DNA of 61,810 nucleotides, counting the filler, from Dugesia japonica (taxonomy: Eukaryota): NCBI GenBank assembly GCA_001938525.1. It is 5 parts of 5 records of this genome, joined end to end, with 100 filler letters (N's around TTAATTAATTAA, not from the genome) between each part and the next. Parts side by side here need not be neighbours in the genome. Positions count along the whole stretch, not along the records: positions 1 to 14,501 come from MQRL01610532.1; positions 14,602 to 23,843 come from MQRL01631059.1; positions 23,944 to 39,014 come from MQRL01608408.1; 2 more parts are not named here. One strand, given 5' to 3'. Shown here piece after piece: positions 13,665 through 26,760 of the stretch. The notes below the pieces were generated by a model. That model saw only the letters and a list, made by a program, of their open reading frames with translations. It searched no databases and had not been told where the DNA came from. The translations under genes and the position numbers were made by a program. Position 1 is the stretch's first letter, and every line of letters begins with the position of its first letter.

Positions 13665-13878
13665 CAACAATAATAATTTATAGAAAAACAAGTAGTTATA
13701 AAAATACGCTTTTAAGTCTGGAAATTCTTTTTTAACTTTTCATATGAGAAATCCAGCAAACAGAGTGAGCGAGATACCCAAGCACATTGGGATTTCGAAT
13801 AGGAAGGGTTGGTAGCGCCTGCTGGTTTAAAAGCGTATTTATATAACTACTTGTTTTTCTATAAATTATTATTTGTTG
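13665..13878. mobile_element. MITE-like foldback element with about 51-bp inverted arms
   Basis: CAACAATAATAATTTATAGAAAAACAAGTAGTTATAAAAATACGCTTTTAA (13665-13715) is nearly the reverse complement of 13827-13878. Confidence 0.7.
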
Positions 13879-13904
13879 CAGTTGTAATGCTTCTGAGTTG
13901 CATT

Positions 13905-14320
13905 TATGAAAATATATCTATCAAAAAACTTCAAAGAGGGGAGTCTTTGAGATATTTTCATGATAAAAAATATATCCATTAAAAAACTTCAAAGAGTCTT
14001 TGTGATGTTAACATGATAAAACATATCTATTAAATAACTTCAAAGAGGGGAGTCTTTGTGATATTTACATGAATAAATATTCAAATTAAAACCTTTCTTT
14101 ACAAAATGATAAAAAAACATAATACTAGTGACAATTTTCTATACAAACCATATTACTACTGACAATTTTCTCAAAGAAATCTCATTACCGATGCAATTTT
14201 TAATAAGAAATCTCATTAACCATGCAGTTTTCTATAAAAAACATATTGGTGATGCATGTTTTCTATAATAAACACACATGTAGTGACAATTTTGTATACA
14301 AAATGATAAAAACATAGAAA
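13905..14320. repeat. Tandem minisatellites (about 60-bp x3, then about 30-bp units); possible Polinton subterminal repeats
   Basis: Three copies of AACTTCAAAGAG(GGGAG)TCTTTG.GAT, followed by repeated TGACAATTTTCT/TGCAATTTT units. Confidence 0.7.
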
Positions 14321-14501
14321 TTTTCCATATAGCTAATAACCCTATATAAAAAGACTTATAAGTAAATATTTTTATATCTAAATAGAGTTTATGAATGTAT
14401 AAAGTTTAAGAGTTAAGAGGGTTAAACAAGAAAGAGGGTTTATGAGTGTATGTTTTGCATTGGTACCTTGTATTATAAGATTTATTTATATAATTCAGAT
14501 G

Positions 14502-14601
14502 NNNNNNNNNNNNNNNNNNNNNNNNNNNNNNNNNNNNNNNNNNNNTTAATTAATTAANNNNNNNNNNNNNNNNNNNNNNNNNNNNNNNNNNNNNNNNNNN
14601 N
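14502..14601. other. Artificial contig spacer (44N-TTAATTAATTAA-44N)
   Basis: Six-frame stop motif at 14546-14557 flanked by N runs; the same structure recurs three more times. Confidence 0.95.
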
Positions 14602-14654
<53 letters not shown>

Positions 14655-14740
14655 TTAATAATAATAATTAATATTCAAAGGGACTCAAAAACAAGATTCA
14701 AAATGATAAAATTTAAATTGTGGAAAATAATTTTCATTAA

Positions 14741-15212
14741 TTAATTTACAACTGTTCCACTATTCGGACTCGGAGAATCATACCCACTAGACACATCTTC
14801 AAATTTGTTGGGACTGATTTGCGAATCACAATTTGGTTGGGTGGTTGGAATAGTTTGAATAATAGGATTAGAATGATTTTTCAAATGACCGTTTCTTGGT
14901 TCTGTTGGTATCCATGCTGATAAAACATTACTGATTGATTTACTTTTTTCATTAATGGGATTCATAGTTGTATTTTGATGATTATTAATGGAAATGTAAG
15001 GATTATTAGATTTAATTGAATTTGCTGGTGATATCCATTGATTATTATTATTATTATTATTGTTATTATTATTATTGCTATTATTATTGTTATTATTATT
15101 ATTATTATTACTAATTATAGGATGGGGTTGTGAACATAATATGATGTTGTGATCTTTTTCACAGAGAATTTTGTTTGTTTCATGTAAGTAGAATTTATCT
15201 CCAACGCAAAAT
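14741..15212 (-). CDS. lmo: LIM domain only protein, last coding exon (end of LIM2 plus Asn-rich tail)
   Basis: Acceptor TTTAG at 15213; reads (R)FCVGDKFYLHETNKILCEKDH, then poly-Asn, in frame with ORF 14741-14965 through to TAA. Confidence 0.92.
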
Positions 15213-15259
15213 CTAAATGAATAAAAAAATTGAATGAATATTCCGTAAATGAAAGTTAC

Positions 15260-15385
15260 CTCATTTTACATAAATGACACGTGAAACAGTCTAAATGATA
15301 AATATTATTTTTTGCTCTCATCACATATTCAAAAGCTTGTATTTTAAGGTCACAAGCTGAACATAATCCAGTATTGCCATAGAGC
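15260..15385 (-). CDS. lmo: LIM domain only protein, middle coding exon (LIM2 N-half)
   Basis: Acceptor TTACAG and donor GTAACT; reads (R)LYGNTGLCSACDLKIQAFEYVMRAKNNIYHLDCFTCHLCKM(R), close to LMO1/3/Beadex. A 47-bp intron follows (15213-15259). Confidence 0.95.
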
Positions 15386-15796
15386 CTGTAAAATTACATT
15401 TAACATTTATCATATATTATGAATATGATAAATTTTGTTAAATTTTATTGTTTAGCAATAAGGTCTATCAAACTCATTTATAAACGTCGATCATTAGTTA
15501 GACGGGGTTAGATAGGGTGCGAGGTCGCCTGAATTTGGAATTGAAAACTAGAATTAAATTGAGACGAGGTTATTAAAAATTTTAAGAATTGATTTAATTT
15601 TATCAAGTTCAGTAATAAAAAAGAATAAATCAGTAGTTTTGAGTTTAATATGTTTAATAAAAATGTATTGTTATTTTTCTTTTAGTCACTATCAAGAAGT
15701 CTTTATAACGATTATGAAATAGAAAATAAACAGTTTTTTAAGTAGATATTTTTCTTTACTATTATAAGATTAGACAATTACGTTTAACAAGTGGAA

Positions 15797-16748
15797 TTAC
15801 TCTTAGGCTACAACGCGGAGTCCTCAAGGGTCCCCAGACTTTGTTTTTCTTTAACATTTTTCTAGGTATTTTTTTATAAATTTTCCCTCCCGTGTATTTG
15901 TNNNNNNNNNNNNNNNNNNNNNNNNNNNNNNNNNNNNNNNNNNTTTTTAATATCTGCATACTTTTGTTGAACAACAAAGGTGGGTGGGGTCTCCTACGCC
16001 GTTGTTAATGTGTACCATTTTTTTCTACAAACTAATAAGTTGATGCAAGATTTTTATGTGTTTTATGACGACAATGAATACATTATTTTTGCAACAAGTA
16101 ATTCTGATGTTATAACTTGTTTGTACCCTTATCTGAACACGTGTATATTATCTCAAAGTACACTCTTGAATTGAGTAGTGAACATTACTGTTTAGTTTAC
16201 TATTTTTGGTTACTTGTACTTGTGCAACAATACTATATCGAGTAAATTTTATGAGTATTTTGTTCTTGTGTAAATATATCGAGTGTATTTTTGTGAGTAT
16301 TTTCATCGTGTTTTTATTTGGCTCTCTCTGTAGATAACAGAAANNNNNNNNNNNNNNNNNNNNNNNNNNNNNNNNNNNNNNNNNNNNNNNNNNNNNNNNN
16401 NNNNNNNNNNNNNNNNNNNNNNNNNNNNNNNNNNNNNNNNNNNNNNNNNNNNNNNNNNNNNNNNNNNNNNTTCATTTGCAAAGAACATCGAAAAGAAAAT
16501 ATTGTCTCCACAGCGAGTTGCATCGCTCACGTCGAAAATTGACAGTATATTATACTTTTTCTTTAATTTAAAAGAATTCTGTTGTTACCTTTTTATATTT
16601 GTAATCTGTTAATTTTCAATATATTTTACCATTATAAACACTTACTCAAATGTTACCATACGTTTTAATATTTTGGTAGCTGGGGTCCTTCGAAGACCCC
16701 ACGCCGTAATTATCGTTGGTCTAGGGAACGCAATAGTCGAAGGGTGAA
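15797..16748. mobile_element. Degenerate non-autonomous piggyBac-like element in the lmo intron
   Basis: Inverted subterminal motifs (G.GTC.TC.A.GG.CCCCAG near 15817-15837; CTGGGGTCCTTCGAAGACCCC near 16680-16700) with asymmetric spacing; right end ...TAGTCGAAGGG|TGAA resembles AGGG|TTAA. Confidence 0.45.
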
Positions 16749-19700
16749 ACTAAAGCTATCGGAGAAACTATAGGTTTATTGGAAATGAATTTAACATACC
16801 TGGTCTAAATCATGCAACATTTTCTAATCTATATTGATGTTTAATAAACACAGAAATTACAAAATGATATTCTAGTCAAATATTAAGAATCTTTAAAAAA
16901 ATCGTGAAGTAAAAAATATTTAATAATTTTGAGACTTTCAATTTATATCAGATCTTTTGTATGAAGGAAAATATTAATATTTTGTATTCACTGAAATTTA
17001 CAAAAATATTATATAAAAGATGTTGAACTAAATATTAATCCATCTTTATCGATATTATCAGTAGTTCATATTGATGTTTCATAATAACATCCCCGAACGA
17101 TTTATTACAAACCAAAATTATGACATTATCCAATTAAAAACATGTATTTTTCTAATTGTGATAATATTGCATCAGTGTAAATTATTTAAACCATCAGATA
17201 AATTAAAAACTTTATTGCGATGTTATCATGGTACCAGTATAATAAAACACTGAATATTAAAAGTAATTTAAATATTAATTATTAAATGAAATAATATAGT
17301 AAATTCTGAATAAAAAATTAATTGCTAATGTGATATAATGAAATCTAAATCAAATTCCACTATTATCTTGTCAAAAATTTCCAGATTTTTAAAATTAAAT
17401 TTTAATGAGTCCAATGATTTGAATAAGGTATGCTAGTATGAATTTCTCAGAATTATTTTAATACGAATTTTCCGAGATACTAAAGAGATCATTTTTGAGA
17501 ACTAATTAAAAAAAATGTGTTATGAGATTTAAGTACTTTAATTTAAGATAGCTGTATTTTGCAATGATTATTCACCAAATATTAATATAGTTTCAAAGAA
17601 ATAGCTATTAAAATTTTTATTTTTCATTTTTCTTTACGGAATTTGATTCCATTGGAATTCTTATTTTATAAAATCATCAGAATAAATTAATAAGAATTAA
17701 TTAATGACATATACAGAATAATTTTTTTTAAAAAAAAAATAATTGTAACATTATTTTAACATTTTTCCCGAATTTATAATTTTTCCATTAAGAAAATTTA
17801 ATTGTAAAATATTGAATTAGGAGTTTATTTCATCTATTTTAAAAGTTTTTGACTTTTAATTAATTTTAATTATTTTCTGACGATACTGACGATATTATTT
17901 GGAATTTGAAATAAATAAATAAAAATTAATCGAAGATGGTAGCCAAATGAAACCATTTCAATATTTTTCATTTTATTACACTTTACATGTTATGTTGTTC
18001 ATTAAAGTATTAAATCTTTATGATTGAAGAAATTAAAGAGTTTTTCAAATCTATAATTGTAAGAAAAGGTATATTTCAAGTTTTAAAAAAGATTTTATAA
18101 CAAAATAACAAATAATAAAACAATAAATTCAATAAACAAATGAAAGCTATCGCGATGTTATTTGTCTATAGTTCTGACAGTTCCAACAAATAAAAAGTAA
18201 CAGAGCAGCACGTATTAAAAGGCCTCAATAAATATGCCGATAAACAAATAAGTAAACTGAAGAAACCAAATTATTGGACAGTGTAAATCTGTAGTTTAAT
18301 GTATGAAATAACAGGACAAAGCTATGTTATTGATTATCAGTTACTAAGTTAAGCGTACTGTATAGATGAATAAAGAATACATTAACGATCCCATGCTGAA
18401 ATCTTCGTATAATTATAAAGGAAGTTAAAAAGGACTTGATCGCTTCTTTTTTGCATTGGAGATGAGCAGGGTTATCGTTAATCAAACACAAGCCCGGCTC
18501 AACTGACACTTACTCACTAAAAATGTACTAACTGCTTAACTTTCAATGTCAAACGAGTTCAAGAGTACCAAAAGTAGTATGAAAGAAGTATTCCTAAATA
18601 TTTCAGTTAAGACTTTCGTGCTTCTGCTCAGTTGATTTTAACTTGAATATAACAATCGGGATCATAATATTAAATCATCTTAATCACATATAAGTTATGT
18701 GCAATATCCTTTTCGACTGTTAAAAGTGCTTTAAAATTGTTTATTATTTTTCCAATTTAAATTCCGTTGCGGAATATTTTTCTATTTAATATTATAATAC
18801 TACTCATAAACACTTATCTCATTTATTTTCTACTGAAAAATATTGTTTTATATAATACTGGTAACTTTTTGAGTTGGAAAAACCACTCAATAAAATTGTT
18901 TTTATTTTTCGAATTTCTATTTTATTTATATTTTTAAAATTTTTATAAAAATTTAAATAAATGTAAAATAGATATTTTCACAACCGTTAGAANNNNNNNN
19001 NNNNNNNNNNNNNNNNNNNNNNNNNNNNNNNNNNNNGAAAAAAACAATAAATCAATAAATTTAATGCCTCTTAATTATTACGGTTCATATCGTATAAATG
19101 TTAATTAAAAAATTTATAATTAGCTCTATAAATTATCTTGGAGATTTTCAAAAAAAAATGTTTTACTTGAAATAGTAAACTCAGTAGTCAGTATGAACCA
19201 CCAAAAGCTTTATATCGTAGTTATTGATTAATAATCAAAACTCGGCATAGAAAATAATTTTCAAAATGTGATACATCAAAATTTGAGTTGAATCATGCTA
19301 CTGTAAAATAGTTGTTCAATTTTTTGAATAAGAAATTTGAAAACTAAAATATGTCATGCTTTTAAAGAAGAAACAAGTGTAACGTAAATAGGTAAAATAA
19401 AACAGTTTTTTTACAGTTTGCACTCTTACTATTCGTGTAAGTAGCTGATTTGAGAGTAAATTATAGAGAACTCTTTTTCAATTCGCATTAATAACTGCAT
19501 TAGAAATTACGATAATTTCTCAAAGTCGTAAATTAAAAATTCCGTAGAGTTGAAGAAAAACTTATAAACCCGAAATTAAAACAATTTTAACGTTTAATAA
19601 ATGAAATTTCGGATCAACTCTATNNNNNNNNNNNNNNNNNNNNNNNNNGTGTGATCCAATGGAGTTGCTTATATTTTAAATTTTTTTATAAGCTTAATCA

Positions 19701-19893
19701 AATATATAGTAAATCTCTGATAAACCTTTTTTTAACATTGAAGTTGAATCCAGATTTGGAAATTAATAAATCATAACGAATAATTTCACAATCAGTATTT
19801 TATTGTTGTAGTTCTAGATTTCTTAGGTTTCAATGAAATGACACTTTTTTACATAAAAATACAAGCATTGTGAGAATAAATAATTTGAAAAGA

Positions 19894-19943
<50 letters not shown>

Positions 19944-20033
19944 NNNNNNNNNNNNNNNNNNNNNNNNNNNNNNNNNNNNNNNNNNNNNNNNNNNNNNNNN
20001 NNNNNNNNNNNNNNNNNNNNNNNNNNNNNNNNN

Positions 20034-20087
<54 letters not shown>

Positions 20088-20088
20088 T
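19894..20088. repeat. (TAT/TTA)n microsatellite spanning a gap
   Basis: Seen directly. Similar runs occur at 14602-14655, 21250-21323 and 57356-57420. Confidence 0.95.
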
Positions 20089-20914
20089 TTATTATAATAT
20101 TATTATTGTAAATAATTTATATATTATATTATCTATTATATTACATTTATTATTAAATTATTATTTATATTATTTTTAATATTTATTATTAAATAATATT
20201 TATGATTGAAATTATTTTTAGAAAAATTATTTAAGTTATCATAGATCTCAATATTTCTAATTTTCAAGGGTAAAAAATGTAGATAAAAATTATTTTCTTT
20301 TCTGTATATCCCTGAAGATAATTATCGAAAATTTGGATAAATAAGGAAATAATAATTAAAGTCTTTTGGATTTAATCGCTTTAATTTTGAAAATTAAATA
20401 ATATTTATGAAATTATCGATAATCTTTCTAAATTAGTATGATAACTTAATTTTCTTATGAAATTAATTAATAAAATATAAATAAATTTACTTCACTGTCA
20501 TATGAGTAGTTAATTTGTAAGTCACACGATAAAACATATCAAGAAAATTTATCATAATTACTGGATTTCACATAATATTTACTAAAAATGTTGATAATAT
20601 ACGTTTTGCAATCTGAATAAGTGTATTAGCGTTTTTTTTTAATGAAAATAGTTGAAAAAAAANNNNNNNNNNNNNNNNNNNNNNNNNNNNNNNNNNNNNN
20701 NNNNNNNNNNNNNNNNNNNNNNNNNNNNNNNNNNNNNNNNNNNTTATTTCTATTTCGTAAGCATTTTTCTTTATTAAAATATTCAATTATTACTATAACG
20801 TTTTGAGTTTTTTTTCGAAAATTGCTACTATTTATCATTTTTTGTTTAAATGCTGATATTTTAAATTCTCTATAAAAAATACTAGAACAATTAATATTGA
20901 AATTTTTTAATAAC

Positions 20915-21180
20915 CTTAGATAATCTCTTTTACAAAGCATCATATTGGCTTTTAAATAACAAAATTTATCGAGCTCAGCCAAGCGGGCATCACAACAACT
21001 ACAGCGTAAACAATCTTCGTGATACATCTTCTGGTCAACAATAAGAACGTACATTTCTCTGATCGGTCTCTGACACATACTGCATATGTTTTTAATATCT
21101 GATCTGCATTCTGAATTCACAGTTTCATTAGATTTCAAACAAATATTGTTCTTATTAGATAGTAATGAATTTTCTGTCAT
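20915..21180 (-). CDS. lmo: LIM domain only protein, first coding exon (LIM1)
   Basis: ATG at 21180; CSMCQRPI...YHEDCLRCSCC...CYLKANMMLCKRDYL(R); donor GTTATT at 20914, phase-compatible with the next exon. Spliced CDS is 864 nt (287 aa). Confidence 0.93.
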
Positions 21181-21267
21181 TTTATCTAAAAAAGATCAAA
21201 ATATATTTAGTTCATAAATATTTTATTAGTGGAAATGTTTTATAAACTTTATTATTATTATTATTGT

Positions 21268-21323
<56 letters not shown>

Positions 21324-22169
21324 NNNNNNNNNNNNNNNNNNNNNNNNNNNNNNNNNNNNNNNNNNNNNNNNNNNNNNNNNNNAATAATGAGTCAAGCTCT
21401 CTAAAGTAATTAATTTAAACAAAAAATGATCAATTTGTTAATGGATATTAATATTTAACATCGTTCTTAGTTAGACAACATAATTAATTTACTTTAATTA
21501 AAACAATTGAATAGAAAAAATTATTAAATCAAAAAAAAAATACAACAACAGTAAATCGTAATGAAAATGCATTTTGCGCGCAAATTCTCTTGATTGAATT
21601 TTTTAATTATAAATTAATCGCATTAATTCGAATTGGATACAAAGATTGTTGTCACTAAGAAAAAGCAAAATTAATTCTCTTTTTAATTGAAAAAAAATCA
21701 AGATCTGAAAATAATTAAACAGCAAAATAAATAACTAATTTCAATTTCCCTGCTGCTAAGTCTTTAGCCGAACTAGAAATATTGAAATCGCGATTTTATA
21801 ATCCGAAATATTACAACAACAAAAAAAAATTCTACTAATTTGTTAAGGTTGAAATTTTCAAACAAGCTAAATTTTCTCTACAAATAGTTAATTAAGTTTT
21901 CCACACCTGACTAAACTTTCTTCAATAAATTTGTTATTTTTTAAGAAATATGTATATAATCATTTATTAAATGAAATTTCGAAGATAAGAAATAGATTTT
22001 CTATTTTAAAAAAAAATCTGATTAAAAAACAATTACTAACATAAAAATCAATTTGTAAACTTGTTAATTTTATTCATAATTTAATTTTAATATTAAATTT
22101 ATAAAGAAAAATCATACAACTACTTGAAATTATTACAAATATTTATAAAAGACAATCAATCTGACTCAC

Positions 22170-22236
22170 CTGATAATATATTTGATAGAAACAATTATAA
22201 TTATTGTAATTATTATTATTATATTTTAATTTGATT
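22170..22236 (-). other. Putative 5' UTR exon of the lmo gene
   Basis: Strong donor CAG|GTGAGT at 22170 and acceptor TTTTACAG near 22237. Contains an in-frame stop, so non-coding. A matching acceptor (TTTTTTAG) lies 5 nt upstream of the ATG. Confidence 0.5.
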
Positions 22237-23843
22237 CTGTAAAAGTAATTTCTAAATTATATCAAAGTGAGGATGACTGTCATCCAATAGAAATTGAGTA
22301 AATTAATAATATATTGCCTGGCCGTAAAGATCAATGGTATTGAATAGAAAGCAGAACAATAATGTCGGCCTGTTGACTAAGAACAACAATACATCAACTA
22401 TAACTCTTTCAATTTCGTGCTTACAAAAATTAAAAATTGCACGAGAGAATTTCGTTATTTGATTCTGATTGGTAGAAAATAAACTTTAATACAAAAATTG
22501 GTTGGTTATTTTAAATAGATTTTCAAATTAGTAGAATAGTCAAGGTGTAAATTATTCATGTTTTTTAATTAATTAAATTTCAGTTTTTTTTGTATTCAAA
22601 CAGAAATAAATCGTCAGGTGTTAATGAATTTCATTGGTATTATTGTTAAAGTTTATTGATTTGTAAATTTTCTGGGTATTTTTTTTTTGGATTTCTATAT
22701 AAACAAATTTTTCGTTATTAATTTATTATTTCTATTTTAAATTAATAGCTCAAAAGATTTATTTATTTTTAAAACACTCAATTTGTGGAATTCAGAAACC
22801 ATTTGGAATTATAATAAATTTTATATTTGTTTAAATGTATATATTTTAATATTTTCATCAAGTATAGCGATTAATCACACCATTACGTAGTTATTAATGA
22901 AACATTACTGTTAGATGAGATTGAAGTACTCGTCAGATCCTTAATGTCAAAAACTCAATTCCATAGAAAATTTATTCACGAAACAAAACTATATCCATCA
23001 TTATTTGTTTAATCAAACAAATTAAAACTTCGTGCTCTAATTGGAAATTATTTTTAATAAATTTAAAATTTTATATTAAACATTCATTTTAAAACAAATT
23101 AGAAAATTTTAATAAAACAATTATTTGTTATCAAAATCTCATTTAAAATTTTCATAAAATTTTAAAAGAAAATTATTATTTATTATTTAAAAATAATTTT
23201 AAAAAAAATTTTAAACAAACAATCATTCGTTATTAAAACATTATTTAAAATTCTACCGAGATTTTAAAACGAAATTGTAATTTCTAAAAAATCTACAATA
23301 AATTGTGTATAAAGATATTTGAATTAATCTTTAACTATTCATAATTTTTGTACAAAAAATTTAATTTAATTTACTTTAATTTCTTAATTAATTTGGGACT
23401 TTCAATTTTTTTTAAAAATTATTTTAAAAAAATAATTTTCAACCAATGCACTAAAATTTCAACTCGCTTCTCAAAAAATACTCACAATTACTAAATTTTA
23501 ATTATAATAATAAAATTAAATTAAATTTTCTTTCAATTTCCACTATTAATATGAGTCCTATGTTTTATCTTAATTTATTGCCTAATAAATTAAATTCAAA
23601 ATGGCTAATGTAAAGTTGCAAATTAAGGAAAAAAATAATTATTAATAAAAAAAGTTGATGCTAGCTTTGTGGATAATTATTAAAATCTAATAATGACGAA
23701 GATCAAATTTACGGTTAAAAAATTTCTGAATGTTTATTGTAATGCGAATTGCAAGGTTATAATTAAATGTATATCATTGTAAAGTATGAGTTAAAAGGTT
23801 GTTTAAATGTTTAAGTTAAAAGAAGGGTAGAATTTGAATACTA

Positions 23844-23943
23844 NNNNNNNNNNNNNNNNNNNNNNNNNNNNNNNNNNNNNNNNNNNNTTAATTAATTAAN
23901 NNNNNNNNNNNNNNNNNNNNNNNNNNNNNNNNNNNNNNNNNNN
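23844..23943. other. Artificial contig spacer
   Basis: N44-TTAATTAATTAA(23888-23899)-N44. Confidence 0.95.
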
Positions 23944-24369
23944 AAATATTCAAATATACATTGTGAAAAGTGTTCATACTTGTGTCCATTGGACATAATC
24001 TGATGAGTTGGGGGTATGGCGACGCCAATAACGCTACCTCTTCCAATTATAGCGTTTGTGAATTTGACCAATTGATACTATAAACGCTATGAGGAAGAGT
24101 AATACACTTTTTCCTAAAATAATCATAGGGATACTTTTTATAATTTTATACTCGGGTGTTGATTTTTCCGTGGTACCCCAAAGTTGTAAAATCTTATTTT
24201 TATAATATTGATAATTTTTATCATATTTATTTAGATCCGAGTTTCGGTTTCTAACATTATAATTTGAGTTTAAGTGCACGTTTTCTGTGTTACGTTTTAC
24301 CTCGTGGCTGTTGTTTAAACTAGAATTATTATATAATTTTGTGGGGGTTGAATTATTATTAGGTTATTA

Positions 24370-24790
24370 GTAGGTTTGACTGTGCTTATTTATGAAAAAA
24401 TGTGTCTCCAAAATATGTATTTTGGATATTCTGGAAATTTTTTTAAAGTAATGTTTTCGGAAACCCGAGTTACCCAATCAAAACTGCTAACCAAGTTGAT
24501 AGCGGTGTAATATTTCGTATTTGGTTCCAACCCATAAAATTCGATAAATATTGGTGTATCGCTGATTTTAGTTCCTACTACTTCAAATAAATAGGTAGGT
24601 ACATAAGAGATTTTATGTATAGTGATTTTAAATGTGAATTAACGTGGATATATGCTTATTTTTATTATAGACTAAGATTCTTCCTTATAGGCTAAATACA
24701 TGAAATCTGCTGAACAGCTTGTTATGATTGATAATAATACTACTGACATGATTGGTAATGAACTTTGTGATTGTGATCTGAGATTATATT
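24370..24790 (-). pseudogene. Post-integrase signal peptide plus fibronectin type III-like domain
   Basis: ..HKYNLRSQSQSS-LPIMSVVLLSIITSCSA-DFMYL... continues through two stops in the same frame to ..IFIEFYGLEPNTKYYTAINLVS (FN3-type GLxPxTxY motif). Confidence 0.5.
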
Positions 24791-26760
24791 TATGTGATTT
24801 TTGAGTTATCGGTTCTGTTTCTGCTAATTTGCACCTATTGATTGCAACTACAGCAGGATCATCATTTTTATTCTTTATCACTTGTAAGTTTGTATCTGTT
24901 ACCTTCACTACTTCGAAGGGTACTTTAAATGGGCTGGCTAGTTTGTTCGTTAAACCTTTTTTTGAATTCGGAGTCTTTATTCGCTCTTTATCACCAACTT
25001 TAAATGGATGTGATTTTGTATTTTTGTCGTAGTAATTTTTGTACTGTTCTTGTTTGAATTTTACTTTTAATCCAGCTTGTTTATAAACTTCCTATAGTCT
25101 TTCCTGCATTTTCGTGACATAATTTGAATTGTCCATATATTGCGATACAATAGGTTTGAATGTAAGATCTATTGAATTGTGATTCTCTCTCAGGTACATT
25201 AAATAAATTGATGAATATCTAGTTGCTTCGTTTTCTGTTGTGTTATGAGCAAATAATGCAGGATTAATAAAGAAATCTCAATACTTTTGATTTTTATTGA
25301 CAAATACTGATAATCTATTGCATAGTGTACTATTAAATCTTTCCACCAGACCATCTGTCTGTAGGTGATATGCTGAAGTATTTATTTTTTAAATATTGAA
25401 CATTTCATTGACTCTTAAATGTTTCACTTAAGAAATTTCTACCTCTGTCTGATAGTAATTTTTTGGGTGCTCCATATTTAAAAATAATTTTTTCTACTAA
25501 CAAATTTGCAACTGTTTTTGCTGATTCATCTTTGGTGGGTAATGCTTCGGCCCACTTTGTAAATTAATCGCTAAATACTCAAATAAGTTTATTGCCTTTT
25601 ATTGTAGTTGGTAATTTTCTTAAGAAATCCATAGCACATATCTCCATTGGTGAACTGGGTACCGGCATTGGATGAAGTGATATTTTTGTTTTTGTTCCAG
25701 TGTTTTTCCTAGTTGCAAATATTGAGCGGTTTTGCACCATTGTTTTACGTTCTCTTGCAAATTTTGCCAGTAATATTTTTGTAAAATTCTAGATGCTGTT
25801 TTTCTACTCAACAAGTGTCCGCCAAGAGCACCATCATGGTATTGAAGAAGTAACATCTATTTTAATGAGTCAGGTACAACCCATAAGTTTTTTCCCATAT
25901 TGTCATATACAAGTAGATCCTTGTATATTTTATATTTTGTATTTTCATTGAGATTATTTCGTATTGATTTGATGTTTTTATCTTTTCTTTGTTCGTCTGA
26001 AAAAGTTTTATCATTTATACCTTCAGTTATTATAGCCATTAGTTCCATTGTTTCTACTTCTTTTATAATAGGAATTCTTGATTGTGCATCAGAATTTCTG
26101 TTGGGTCTTCCGGGTTTGTATTTAATTTTTATACTCATATCTTGGATTTTCATGGCCCATTTTAGTATTCGGCTGGATGTATCTTTGTTTTCCATAAGCC
26201 TTCAAGTGGTTTGTGGTCTGTTAGTATAGTGACCTCTGTTCCATAGATGAATGGTCGAAATTGTTTCAACGCGTANATTATTGCATAAAATTCCTTTTCA
26301 ATTGTTGAGTATCTAGTTTCTGCTCCTTTTAACATTTTACTTGCGTACGCGATTACGTAATCTTTGTTTTTCTCTTCCTCTTGTCTGGAAACTGCCCCAA
26401 CTGCATATCCACTGGCATCTGTCATGATTAAAATTGGTTTGTCGAAATCTGGGTATCTCAATATTGGCGCTGTTATTAATTTTTTCATTTTCCATAAATT
26501 TTGTATTTTTGATGAACTTTCATCGATCTTCTCAGTAATCATCACATTTTTACTTTCTCCTTTTGTTTTTAAACCTTTTGTTAATTCTACTAGCGGAGCA
26601 GATATTTTAGCGAAATCTTTTATAAATCGTCTATAATAATCTACTAATCTATTATAACTTTGGATCTGTTGTAGTGTTTTTGGTATTGGAAAATTTTTTA
26701 CTGCTTCTATTTTATCTGGGTTTGGTTGTAAACCTTTTGATAATTTTTATATTTACCTCT
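24790..26760 (-). pseudogene. Gypsy pol 3' part: RT thumb, RNase H, integrase (RT catalytic core deleted)
   Basis: GLQPNPDKIEAVKNFP, YYRRFIKDFAKISAPL, TAPILRYPDF..TDASG, ETRYSTIEKE, YYWQNL..VKQWC, DGLVERFNSTL, VPFEV (GPF/Y). Confidence 0.9.

Noticed and set aside
13905-14320. CRISPR-like array
   Set aside because: Eukaryotic context, no unique spacers and no cas genes; these are degenerate tandem repeats.
19870-20097. Poly-Tyr/poly-Leu ORF, also the poly-Ile ORF at 57121-57435
   Set aside because: Translations of microsatellites and gaps.
20626-20914. C-terminal part of the 184-aa ORF
   Set aside because: Read-through into the intron after the LIM1 donor at 20914.
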